From positions 1-64,000 of IMG/VR virus record IMGVR_UViG_3300025276_000026: a stretch of DNA of 64,000 bases. One strand, written 5' to 3'. The notes below the pieces were generated by a model, which made no database searches, was not told the DNA's origin, and was given only the letters and a program-made list of their open reading frames with translations. Source of the stretch: a virus. Position numbers and translations under genes: made by a program. This document shows positions 38,663 through 47,546 of the stretch, piece by piece. Numbering within the stretch: the first letter of the stretch is position 1; the number at the start of each line of letters is the position of its first letter.

Positions 38663-38929
38663 CTACTTATTGCCTGTTAGAACCTTGAAATTTTGTGCAA
38701 GATTTGGTCTTGGTTCAAATGCAGCTACTACTCTGACTTTTTTAATGTTAAAGGTATAATCCTTTGCATAAGGTATCCATGGTGCAAGACCTACTTCCAT
38801 ATTGGTTCCCTTTAATTCTACGATACATGCGTGTGCTTCTTTTACTGTATAACTAGTTACGTTTTCGGAAACTAAACCTATTACAACATCGCCATTTTCT
38901 AGACGTAAACACTTTATAATTTCAGACAC
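38663..38929 (-). CDS. small T4-like phage protein (possible Sm-like fold)
   Basis: IKCLRLENGDVVIG...LAPWIPY. Confidence 0.7.
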   Translation of the reverse strand: MSEIIKCLRLENGDVVIGLVSENVTSYTVKEAHACIVELKGTNMEVGLAPWIPYAKDYTFNIKKVRVVAAFEPRPNLAQNFKVLTGNK

Positions 38930-39377
38930 TTCTTACTTGCTCCTGTAATTCGAGAGAACGTCTCCCAACTTGTTTAAACCATCGAGAGTCTTCCATCTCA
39001 ACAGCCATTCCTTCCCAATTCTCCGATACAACTGCTTTCCACATGTTGTTAAATTTACCAAAACGACTTCCACCTAAGTTGAATGTCATGTTAACCAATA
39101 CGTGTTGTATTGCTTCGGGTAGACTATAGAAGTCCTTCCCACCTTTTGATTCAAATACATGGATAGTTTCATCTACATGCTTGTCAAAATCAGATTCGTA
39201 ATACGCATCTACTGTTGATTGACTAACTGGAGTTCCAGCTGGTTTACCTTGTTCTGCATCACCATCTTTAATAAGATGACCAACACCTAGTGTTAGATAA
39301 CCTAATGAGTCTGCATAGACTTCAAGGACTTCACCTTCATGTCTTTTAATTTGTTCTTTTAATATTTCTTTATTCAT
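38922..39377 (-). CDS. T4-lysozyme-like endolysin (glycoside hydrolase)
   Basis: RHEG...YADSLGYLTLGVGHL, NMTFNLG, DSRWFKQVGRR. Confidence 0.9.
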   Translation of the reverse strand: MNKEILKEQIKRHEGEVLEVYADSLGYLTLGVGHLIKDGDAEQGKPAGTPVSQSTVDAYYESDFDKHVDETIHVFESKGGKDFYSLPEAIQHVLVNMTFNLGGSRFGKFNNMWKAVVSENWEGMAVEMEDSRWFKQVGRRSLELQEQVRSV

Positions 39378-39678
39378 CCTGTTCCTGTTCCCTTTTCAAT
39401 TGTTCATCCACGAGTTCCATCAAAATGTCACCCATGAGGTCGTTTAATTCACTATTATTTAGGAGTTCCTCAAGTCCAATATCTGTCTTTTGTTGACCGT
39501 GAGGGAACCTTCTTATAGTTCTTTGGAAATTAATGTTGGGTTTTCCATCTTCGAATTGTAACTTACCATATTGGTATACAAGTCCGTCCCATTCTCCACC
39601 TGTCATCTCGATAGCAGCGTCGTTTTCACTTGGATTCTCGACTACCATGTAGACTTTGTTATCGAATAATTTTGGCAT
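39370..39678 (-). CDS. hypothetical protein
   Basis: GEWDGLVYQYGKL...MGDILMEL pattern. Confidence 0.7.
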   Translation of the reverse strand: MPKLFDNKVYMVVENPSENDAAIEMTGGEWDGLVYQYGKLQFEDGKPNINFQRTIRRFPHGQQKTDIGLEELLNNSELNDLMGDILMELVDEQLKREQEQDE

Positions 39679-40195
39679 GTATTTCCTCTTCGATTCTCAT
39701 AGAATCATGTATAGAATTGTTATCATGTATATTTAGTTGTCCTAAAAGATTCATGTTTGTTAGTATGTTATTTATCTGTGTTCGTCTTCCCTTCAGCCAT
39801 ACTTCTGATTGTGTGTCTCCACGTTCTGCGTGACGATTGTGTTCTTCGGTTATGTCTACTGTTAGAACGTAAACTAATGCTTCGTGATTTTGCATTAACC
39901 ATTCTATGTCTACTCCTCTAAAGTATCTATCACCTTCTATTAGAACATGTTTGTAGGCAATGTTTGCCCACTCAATGAATTCTCTAAATTGTGGTATAGA
40001 ACCGTGAGAGAGCTTATCAGTTCCACCGAATGTCTCTCCCTCGGGATATTGACCGACTACTAATATGTCACCATGTTCTTGGCACTTAAATAGTTTCATC
40101 GGTTCAATTAGGTTGGGTTCATCTAACCTAGAGATAAGTCTTCTCATGAGAGTTGACTTTCCCGAACATGGAACTCCACCAACCATGATAATCAT
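39659..40195 (-). CDS. P-loop nucleotide kinase of the type associated with DNA base modification
   Basis: GGVPCSGKST, FGGTDKLS, IEGDR, ERG. Confidence 0.75.
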   Translation of the reverse strand: MIIMVGGVPCSGKSTLMRRLISRLDEPNLIEPMKLFKCQEHGDILVVGQYPEGETFGGTDKLSHGSIPQFREFIEWANIAYKHVLIEGDRYFRGVDIEWLMQNHEALVYVLTVDITEEHNRHAERGDTQSEVWLKGRRTQINNILTNMNLLGQLNIHDNNSIHDSMRIEEEIHAKIIR

Positions 40196-41190
40196 ACTGA
40201 ACTACCGTCCAAGTTGACTACCACATCTTCCAGTGGAAGACCATCATTAAGAGGGTCTGCTGTAGTAATCTGACCTATGAATCCTCTGAATTCAAAGATG
40301 TGATGATACTTTCTATTAAGATGCTGGGTTACCCACAACATAGTTCTGTCAAAAGAATCCATCCAGTTACTTCTTTGGTCTGCAATTTTTGAAGGGTCTA
40401 CATTTAAAATGTAACCATAGATTTGAACTGGTACTAAGTACGTATCATACAAATCTATCATCTGTTTTATTTTAGTTCCAAAGTCCCCATTTGGTCTTGC
40501 AAAACCTATCTGCTGTAAGTCAAGAACATACCCTTTCGATGGGAATTGATTCTCAGCAAGAATCCTGTTTGCAACTCCAGCGTCTACATCTATCACATTT
40601 TCAAATACAGAAAGACTTGACCTAAATCTATTAAAGATTGCAGTCCTTTGTGCTGGTGACTTTGTTGGGGTCATATCTTTTAATCTATCCTTCAAATAAG
40701 AAGTGTTATCTCTTGTACAAGAACCTTGGGCTACAAGTATCTTTAAAGCTTTAACATAGTCTTTGTCATCATTATCCTGTGCTGGTAAATGACATTCATT
40801 GGATTGAATCATAAACATGATTTCATTAGCTGGTGTATCAAAAGTTACAACATCTACTATGACCATAGTTTGCTCAAGTTCTGTAAATGCTTCTAGTCTA
40901 TTGAAACCTGCTTTCAGATAGTACTTTTCATCTGCACCAAGTTCGACTACCAATGGTGGTTCTGAATAGACCCAACCTAGGTTTTGAAATGAATCTACTA
41001 ACTTAAGAACGTTTGCTCTTAAATGGTTGTAGACTCTAATGTTTAAAGATGGGCCTTTCTTTACAGAATGTATGATATCTTCAAGTGGGATTAGTTTCCT
41101 AGTGGTGAAGTTTACACCTTTAGGATACTTTGGTTTACACTCTTTGAGTGACCTATTCACGTCGAATAGGATTTGATTATTGTTTGACAT
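40192..41190 (-). CDS. ParB/Srx-like domain protein
   Basis: NIR...LVDSF...GW...PPLVV...LKAGFNRLEA. Confidence 0.6.
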   Translation of the reverse strand: MSNNNQILFDVNRSLKECKPKYPKGVNFTTRKLIPLEDIIHSVKKGPSLNIRVYNHLRANVLKLVDSFQNLGWVYSEPPLVVELGADEKYYLKAGFNRLEAFTELEQTMVIVDVVTFDTPANEIMFMIQSNECHLPAQDNDDKDYVKALKILVAQGSCTRDNTSYLKDRLKDMTPTKSPAQRTAIFNRFRSSLSVFENVIDVDAGVANRILAENQFPSKGYVLDLQQIGFARPNGDFGTKIKQMIDLYDTYLVPVQIYGYILNVDPSKIADQRSNWMDSFDRTMLWVTQHLNRKYHHIFEFRGFIGQITTADPLNDGLPLEDVVVNLDGSSV

Positions 41191-41279
41191 AGTTGTTCTC
41201 CATAGTCGTTAGTTTGGAACGACACCCATAAAAAAGGGTCTCTTTTTTATTTCAAGTGTAACTCCACTATTATTTAGGT

Positions 41280-42281
41280 CTAAAAGAAACTGTCCAGTGA
41301 ACCTTTGTCTTCATACTTTCCAGCATGAGGGCCGATAGGGTTCTCTGTCTTTCCAGCTCTTCCTTTAGTTGCAACATGTTCATCACAATATGCAACACAT
41401 GATAACCTTACTCCTTCACCAGTGATAGGGGTAACACCGTGCAATTCATTTGAATCTGCAATCAGTACGTCTCCATCATCTGCTTCAATAGCAATACCAT
41501 ATCTAGGGAAACATAAGTATGCACCCCCAAATTCTCCAATACGGAAGACACACATAGTTGTCATTCCGAACTCTAAATCTTTACCATCCAAATGTGCAGA
41601 CATCTTTACAGTGCCACCAGTTGAATACTTGTTTGCAGATAACGCTGTCATCGGTGAACCACCAATGTGATACTTCTCATCTATACACTCATCTGCAAAA
41701 GTTTTTTGTAAGTTGTATACTTCGGGAACTGCACTCTTCAATGCTTCTTCATTGACGTTTGCAATCTGTGATAAGGTTTCAAACTTTTCTGCGTTAGATT
41801 TCTTTTGCATCCAACCACTTGCCTTAATCATTCCTGTGAATCTGCCACGTTTATACCCGATTAGAACTGAATGAATCTCGTTTGCTTCTGCAATACGATT
41901 GAACTCACCATTCTTCTTTAGTGGGTAATAACTGTTAGGTGTTCTTAGGACATAGTCCTTACCTTCGATTAATCCTTTTGCCTTCATATCTTCGTGGTCG
42001 ATAGGCCCGGCTGCATTTGCTCTCATTGTAGATGTATCATCGATAGAGAACAAAGTATCTTTAACTGTTTGGTAAGTCTTACCTTTGTATGCATTCTTTA
42101 CAATACATGCAAGTAAGGTTTCACCCATAAGAGTACCATGTGGTTTATAGATTTTGATAACATCACCATCATATTCGATAGATGATATAACAGTATCATA
42201 GGAATCTTCGGTAAGATATTTACCGTTCCACTCTTTGAAGGTTTCTTTAAACCCTAAGTCTTTTGTTGCAGTGAATTCCAT
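41280..42281 (-). CDS. TET/JBP-family 5-methylpyrimidine dioxygenase
   Basis: SAHLDGKD (HxD), GGAYLCFPRYGIAI...GDVLIAD..ELHGVTPI, RLSCVAY; overlaps the MTase. Confidence 0.85.
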   Translation of the reverse strand: MEFTATKDLGFKETFKEWNGKYLTEDSYDTVISSIEYDGDVIKIYKPHGTLMGETLLACIVKNAYKGKTYQTVKDTLFSIDDTSTMRANAAGPIDHEDMKAKGLIEGKDYVLRTPNSYYPLKKNGEFNRIAEANEIHSVLIGYKRGRFTGMIKASGWMQKKSNAEKFETLSQIANVNEEALKSAVPEVYNLQKTFADECIDEKYHIGGSPMTALSANKYSTGGTVKMSAHLDGKDLEFGMTTMCVFRIGEFGGAYLCFPRYGIAIEADDGDVLIADSNELHGVTPITGEGVRLSCVAYCDEHVATKGRAGKTENPIGPHAGKYEDKGSLDSFF

Positions 42282-43531
42282 GGTTCTATTATTTGTCCTT
42301 TTATGCTTTGAACGAGGTAGTATAAACAAAGTGGTGCAACCATCAATCCGATTCTTGCTCCCTTGTCGTCATAATCACCTGTCATTTTATAATCATTAGG
42401 TAAAGTCATTATCCTTACCATTTCTTGAGGTGTATAAATTCTTTTACCACCATGGTGGAAATGATTACCACCCATAAACTTTGGTTGACACCCTGCTTCA
42501 GTCAATGAATGAGCTGGAAGATGTTTAGGAACGATTCTTGACATGTAGTAAGAATGTTTCTCATCTTCGGGTTTGATATGTCCAAGTCTAATGTTCTCTT
42601 GGAACCATGGTTTTACGATATGGTCTCCGATAGATGTATATGCTTGGTTCTCTCTTTCTTTAAGTACAGGGGTGAGTCCAAGACATGGAGTACACTCTGC
42701 AAATTCTTCCTTTGGGTGTACATCAAATCCATTTACCCAATGTCCTTTGGAAGATTCATCCATTGCAGTTTCTAAATAAGCTGCATCAATAATGTTCTGT
42801 TCGTCTGTTTCTAAATCGTGAATTGCATCTTCAATGGATGCAAATTCTTTTACTGGGTCGGGGAAAACTGAAGACATGCACATCCAAGGCATTCCAATTC
42901 CTTCTAGTACATCATCACGTACACCAACCATGAATACTCTTTCTCTCTTCTGAGGTACACCATGCTGATGTCCCTTCATAACTTTCCAAGTCACTGAGTA
43001 TCCTAGTGCTTCGAAGTCGTTTACCATCCTGTTTAGATGGTCTCTTGCATAGTCCATTGAAAGACCCTTCACGTTCTCACATATTATAACTTTAGGCATT
43101 AACCCTTCGGCAATCCTAATCATTTCCCATGTAAGGTCTTCAATGTTCTGTTGCTTCATACCATAAGCCATCTTCTCTTTGTTCCAACCTTCTTTCTTGG
43201 AACCTGCCATAGAAAATGGTGGACAAGGTGGTGACCCATCCATGATATCTAATTCGTATTTCTTAAGTCCACTAAGCTCCATGATACCTTCTGCAGTGAC
43301 TTCTTTGATGTCTCTACATTCGTGTACTGTGTTAGGGAAGTTTTCTAGGTAGGTGTCAACATGTAACTGTTGGAACTCGTTCATGTAACGAACGTCACCA
43401 CCTGCTAGTTTGTAACCACATGAAGAACCCCCACCACCAGCAAAGAAAGTAATGTAATTAAACTGTTTACTTTCACTGTTACGGTGAAGGTCTTCTAGGT
43501 TGTATTGAAAATATTTATTATCACTCATCAT
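42254..43531 (-). CDS. C5-cytosine DNA methyltransferase
   Basis: FAGGGG (motif I), GSPPCPPFS (IV), ENVKG (VI), PQKRERVF (VIII), RIMTLP (IX). Confidence 0.95.
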   Translation of the reverse strand: MMSDNKYFQYNLEDLHRNSESKQFNYITFFAGGGGSSCGYKLAGGDVRYMNEFQQLHVDTYLENFPNTVHECRDIKEVTAEGIMELSGLKKYELDIMDGSPPCPPFSMAGSKKEGWNKEKMAYGMKQQNIEDLTWEMIRIAEGLMPKVIICENVKGLSMDYARDHLNRMVNDFEALGYSVTWKVMKGHQHGVPQKRERVFMVGVRDDVLEGIGMPWMCMSSVFPDPVKEFASIEDAIHDLETDEQNIIDAAYLETAMDESSKGHWVNGFDVHPKEEFAECTPCLGLTPVLKERENQAYTSIGDHIVKPWFQENIRLGHIKPEDEKHSYYMSRIVPKHLPAHSLTEAGCQPKFMGGNHFHHGGKRIYTPQEMVRIMTLPNDYKMTGDYDDKGARIGLMVAPLCLYYLVQSIKGQIIEPWNSLQQKT

Positions 43532-43538
43532 AGACTCC

Positions 43539-43568
43539 ATTATACTATATTTAGCACAACTCTGTCAA
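43539..43568 (-). promoter_or_regulatory. early promoter with an embedded late-type box for the MTase-TET operon
   Basis: TTGACA-N18-TATAAT; CTAAATA inside the spacer. Confidence 0.7.
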
Positions 43569-43576
43569 GGCGATTT

Positions 43577-44101
43577 CTAAAGATTTTTCAATATATTTTC
43601 AGGGCTTGAAACTTCATAAGGGTCGGACTCTGCATTATCAGTGTATCCTTCTTCAATGAATGCTTTTTCAATTACACCATCGTTAACAACGACTGCATAT
43701 CTCCAAGACCTATATCCGAAACCAAGATTTGATTTAGAACATTCTGCACCAATCAAATGTGTGAACTCACCATTACCATCGGGTAGTGGGTAAACATTCT
43801 TGATACCTAATGATTCAAACCATGTGTTCATAACGAATGTATCGTTAACTGAAACACAATAAATCTCATCGATTCCTTTTGCTCTGAACTCTTCGAATTT
43901 CTCTTCAAAGCCAGGCAGTTGTTGTGTAGAACATGTTGGTGTGAATGCGCCAGGCAATCCAAATATGATTACTCTTTTACCAGCAAACTGTTCTTTAGTG
44001 TCTAGTGATACAAACTCACCGTCAATTCTCTGAGGTATAATTACTTCGGGAACTGTTGTAGTCCCTTCGATAATTTCTAATCCCATTGTTACTTCTGTCA
44101 T
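43577..44101 (-). CDS. peroxiredoxin (Prx5-type)
   Basis: PGAFTPTCS, CVSVND, PDGNGEF, RSWRY. Confidence 0.95.
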   Translation of the reverse strand: MTEVTMGLEIIEGTTTVPEVIIPQRIDGEFVSLDTKEQFAGKRVIIFGLPGAFTPTCSTQQLPGFEEKFEEFRAKGIDEIYCVSVNDTFVMNTWFESLGIKNVYPLPDGNGEFTHLIGAECSKSNLGFGYRSWRYAVVVNDGVIEKAFIEEGYTDNAESDPYEVSSPENILKNL

Positions 44102-44132
44102 AATCTATACTCCATAATAAATAGATACACCC

Positions 44133-44161
44133 ATTGTAACATCAATGAGTATATCTTTCAA
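44133..44161 (-). promoter_or_regulatory. sigma70-type promoter
   Basis: TTGAAA-N17-TACAAT. Confidence 0.55.
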
Positions 44162-44170
44162 GGGGGTTTC

Positions 44171-44608
44171 TTAAGAAATTTTGATTTCTTGAGGTTTATC
44201 TTCTTCGGGTATAATCCTTTCTAAAGACACACTCAAAATACCATTCTTCATGTCTGCACCTTTAACGACAATGTCGTCTGCAAGTGTGAATGTTCTTTTG
44301 AATGAACGAGATGCAAGTCCTCTATGGACATACTCAAGTTCTTCTCCACCCTTTTGTTTACCTTCGATAAGAAGTACATTTTTCTCTTTTGAGATTGTGA
44401 TATCTTTCTTATCAAATCCAGCCAGTGCAAGTTCGATACTGAAGTTCTCTGCATCGTGTTTTACAATATTGTAAGGTGGATAGTTTGTATTAGTCGGTGA
44501 CTGATTGGCACGTTCTAATAGTTGAAGAGTTCTGTCGAACCCGATTGCGAATGGGAATTCTTTCCCGAAATTGAAGATGTCGAAATCTCCGAGCTGTTTA
44601 CTTGTCAT
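44171..44608 (-). CDS. small heat shock protein (Hsp20/IbpA-like)
   Basis: IGFDR, NYPPYNI, ELALAGF, HRGLASRSFKRTF, NGIL, IPEE. Confidence 0.96.
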   Translation of the reverse strand: MTSKQLGDFDIFNFGKEFPFAIGFDRTLQLLERANQSPTNTNYPPYNIVKHDAENFSIELALAGFDKKDITISKEKNVLLIEGKQKGGEELEYVHRGLASRSFKRTFTLADDIVVKGADMKNGILSVSLERIIPEEDKPQEIKIS

Positions 44609-44664
44609 AGTGTTTCTCCTTTATTAAGCAAGTTATGTTATGTAACCCCTAATGGGCATTACAA
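44609..44664 (-). ncRNA. ROSE-like RNA thermometer in hsp20 leader
   Basis: CUUGCUU-AAUA-AAGGAG pairs the UUGCU motif with the SD (bulged G); upstream hairpin UGUAAUGCCC-AUUA-GGGGUUACA. Confidence 0.6.
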
Positions 44665-44667
44665 TAG

Positions 44668-44707
44668 TATTTATAGCATATATGGGGACGAATTTAAAAA
44701 CTTCAAG
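44668..44707 (-). promoter_or_regulatory. sigma32 (RpoH) promoter followed by a T4 late promoter
   Basis: CTTGAA-N14-CCCCATAT (44680-44707), then TATAAATA (44668-44675). Confidence 0.8.
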
Positions 44708-46580
44708 TCTTTTTAAGTAATCTAGTTTTACCATCGAATAATGGTGCATAGATTTTGACTGGTATCTCCTTACCTTTAACCTTGATTTCGTCGATGAACT
44801 TCCAGTCAATATCGATTTGGTCTTTGGTAAACTCTGAGAATAGAATTGGAGTATCGTATTGTCTAGTCTGAACTTCAAGTCTGGCTGCAAGGTTGACTGC
44901 ATCACCGACCACTGAGTAATCGAACCTAAGTTCTGACCCCATATTACCTACGATACATGGGCCTGTGTTGACCCCTGTGCCGATTACAACTGGTGGTAGG
45001 TCTAATCCTTCCTCTACAATATCCTTATTCATCTGTTCAGTAAGTATCTCTATTTCCATTGCAGTTCTGATAGCCATCTCTGCATGGTTCGGACAATCCA
45101 AAGGAGCATTCCAAAATGCCATTAGACAATCGCCCATATATTTGTCGACGGTTCCACCGTTCTTGATTACTATCTTAGTCATACCATCGAGGAATCTATT
45201 GATGAGTAGGACTAATCCCTCGGGGTCATCGTTTTTCATGTAAGCTTCACTGATTGGAGTGAATCCTACGATGTCTGCGAAGAGGAATGAAAGTTCCTTT
45301 CTGTCTCCACCTAATCGTAATTTAGAGGGGTCTTTTTGTAGCTCTTCAATCATGTCGGGAGATAAATACTTTTGGAACTGCTTCTTGATTTGTTGCTTTT
45401 CTTGGAAAGTCACATAGTATTTGTTAAACGAAGCATGACCGAAAACTACTAAGGAGGCCAACGATGAAAAGAAGGTATCGAAAAGAACGAGCTCTGAAGT
45501 CCAAATATAATAACTCCCGCCAATCTGGCATACTACAAGTAATAGAAACCCTGTCCCCGAAAGAACTGTGGGAAGCTTGTAAACCATCGCAAGTATCATT
45601 AGCAAAACTATCAGAAGAAGAGCAGTCTCTAGTGATTCAAGATAGTAGGATTGTTGTATTTGAACTCCTGTCAAAACGGTTTGAAGCAGGTTCGCTTGCA
45701 CTTCGTGGGGATACATTACACCCCTTGGGGTTGAAACTGGATTATTCAAACCCTCTGCGGTTAGACCCCATACAAGTATTTTATTCTCAACATTAGAATC
45801 GGGTAAGTCTACAGCAGAAATCCTTTGGAAAGTGTTCCAATAGGATATCATTACGTCACTGGTTGGAGTGGTGGTTATCGGTTTGTCTCTTCCCATCCGA
45901 ACCCACTCCACTCCAGTCTCGGGTGTGATTCTAGTTTGATAACTTGGTTGTTCTCTAAGGGCTCTTAAAGCTTCTAACATTAGTGAGGGGTACACTTCAC
46001 CGTTTGCCGTAACCAATAGTGGTACAGACCGCGTGGTACCGTCAAAATTGGGTGTTCCAGTGACCGCTGGGGTAGCCGTCACAACTCCAACTCCATAGGT
46101 GTTACTCATCAAAATTTCAATCGGACTAACAATCCCATCGAAGTTCCATAGAAAATCTTTAGGTTCCCCACCCCCAAACGTTGAGTTACCAACAAATGGT
46201 GCAGAACCTTTTTGAGTTTGTGAGGTTGGAGCAGCTCCGAGTATTGTGAGACGGTTTACTAATCCTTCTGCGAATACCGCGTCTTGTGTTGGGTCTCTAT
46301 CGGGTTTTGAAAATAGCATACCAAAAATATGAGTGTTGCTATAATGGGTATTAAGAAGCAAGTCACGATAAATCCCACGACGAATAGGATACTGTCCGTA
46401 AGTTTCAAGAGATTTTTCGTCAATGTCGACGAGAATGATGTTATCGACATAGAATTCTTCCTGTTGTTGGTGTAAGTAATCGAACCATGACCATGATATG
46501 TTCTCTATAAAATATGGGTTCCATATCTTAAGTGCAAAGAGAGCTAGTATAGTTACTAATACTGTTTTCCAAGTATACAT
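44703..46580 (-). CDS. CHASE2-domain class III adenylate cyclase
   Basis: ILVDIDEKSL..YGQYP (CHASE2), TPRGVMYPHEVQAN, three TMs, FADIVGFT, VDKYMGD, RFDYSVVGDAVNLAARLE, VKGK. Confidence 0.95.
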   Translation of the reverse strand: MYTWKTVLVTILALFALKIWNPYFIENISWSWFDYLHQQQEEFYVDNIILVDIDEKSLETYGQYPIRRGIYRDLLLNTHYSNTHIFGMLFSKPDRDPTQDAVFAEGLVNRLTILGAAPTSQTQKGSAPFVGNSTFGGGEPKDFLWNFDGIVSPIEILMSNTYGVGVVTATPAVTGTPNFDGTTRSVPLLVTANGEVYPSLMLEALRALREQPSYQTRITPETGVEWVRMGRDKPITTTPTSDVMISYWNTFQRISAVDLPDSNVENKILVWGLTAEGLNNPVSTPRGVMYPHEVQANLLQTVLTGVQIQQSYYLESLETALLLIVLLMILAMVYKLPTVLSGTGFLLLVVCQIGGSYYIWTSELVLFDTFFSSLASLVVFGHASFNKYYVTFQEKQQIKKQFQKYLSPDMIEELQKDPSKLRLGGDRKELSFLFADIVGFTPISEAYMKNDDPEGLVLLINRFLDGMTKIVIKNGGTVDKYMGDCLMAFWNAPLDCPNHAEMAIRTAMEIEILTEQMNKDIVEEGLDLPPVVIGTGVNTGPCIVGNMGSELRFDYSVVGDAVNLAARLEVQTRQYDTPILFSEFTKDQIDIDWKFIDEIKVKGKEIPVKIYAPLFDGKTRLLKKT

Positions 46581-47384
46581 CTAGTTTTGTGTGACTGATA
46601 TATTACAACCACCTGCTGTTTGACAACTTTGAGTTAGTGTATAGTTTTGTACGCTATTACTTTGTTGAGTTAGATTTATGTTAGTTGAGTATGTTCCTGT
46701 TAGGGTTATGTTTGCGTTATGAGCTCCTGAACCACTTTGGGATATAGTACCTGTATTACCATCAACATATGATTTTAATGAAAGAGTTTTCTTTCCATCT
46801 GTTTCTTGGACTACATAAAATGAATTATCGTCTGCATACAAGTATACTGTAGCATCATGTTCTGAATAGGCATTATTGTTACCATTTCTTTGATACCCTG
46901 CTAATGCATTATTACTACCGTGGATATCTAGAGTAAGTGTCACTCCACCACCTTCATCACCGTCACTAGTAAATGTAGTATCGGATGACCCACTTAAAGT
47001 AACACCTTGACCCCATCGAACAGAATTACTGTCACCCAAGATATGAAAATCTATATTTGATTCTTTACATGAAGAACCCCTAGTGCAATTTTGTTCAAAG
47101 TGAAGTGAATTGGAATCACCATTTAAGTCTCCACCCGAACCTTGTTGAGTACCCCAAGTAGGAACAAAGGAAATAAAATTCTTGTTTCCTGTTTGTTTGA
47201 TTAGTATTTGATTTGATGCACCACCTAGTGAAAAGATAGTGTCGTTGTTGAACCCAATTTGAGTTACATTGAAGACAAGATTGTCATTGGACTGACTCCC
47301 TGTCGTTTCCACATCAACCTTGTTGTTATCGTTTGCGACAACAAACAAGGGTAACATAATTAATAATGATAAAAACTTTTTCAT
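46581..47384 (-). CDS. curlin-like secreted beta-solenoid protein
   Basis: signal peptide; repeats VTQIGFNN, IKQTGNKN, ISQSGSGAHN; Asn/Gln/Gly-rich. Confidence 0.7.
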   Translation of the reverse strand: MKKFLSLLIMLPLFVVANDNNKVDVETTGSQSNDNLVFNVTQIGFNNDTIFSLGGASNQILIKQTGNKNFISFVPTWGTQQGSGGDLNGDSNSLHFEQNCTRGSSCKESNIDFHILGDSNSVRWGQGVTLSGSSDTTFTSDGDEGGGVTLTLDIHGSNNALAGYQRNGNNNAYSEHDATVYLYADDNSFYVVQETDGKKTLSLKSYVDGNTGTISQSGSGAHNANITLTGTYSTNINLTQQSNSVQNYTLTQSCQTAGGCNISVTQN

Positions 47385-47391
47385 AATCCTT

Positions 47392-47538
47392 TTAGATTAA
47401 CCATTGAAACAATAAGCATAAAATAACTCCTTCAGAAAATGATAACCAATACATATGGTAATCATCTAGTCGCATAGCTTTTTGAAATCCAAAGATTTGG
47501 TTCTCATGCCATACACGGAATTTTTCTGATATGTTCAT
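47392..47538 (-). CDS. 48-aa membrane peptide inside the curli operon
   Basis: hand-read MNISEKFRVWHENQIFGFQKAMRLDDYHMYWLSFSEGVILCLLFQWLI; SD AGGAG. Confidence 0.7.
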   Translation of the reverse strand: MNISEKFRVWHENQIFGFQKAMRLDDYHMYWLSFSEGVILCLLFQWLI

Positions 47539-47546
47539 ATATTCTC

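Noticed and set aside
44703-46580. Cyclase as part of a Pycsar/CBASS-type defence system
   Set aside because: The architecture is a membrane CHASE2 sensor cyclase with ATP-selecting residues, and there is no adjacent cyclic-nucleotide effector gene.
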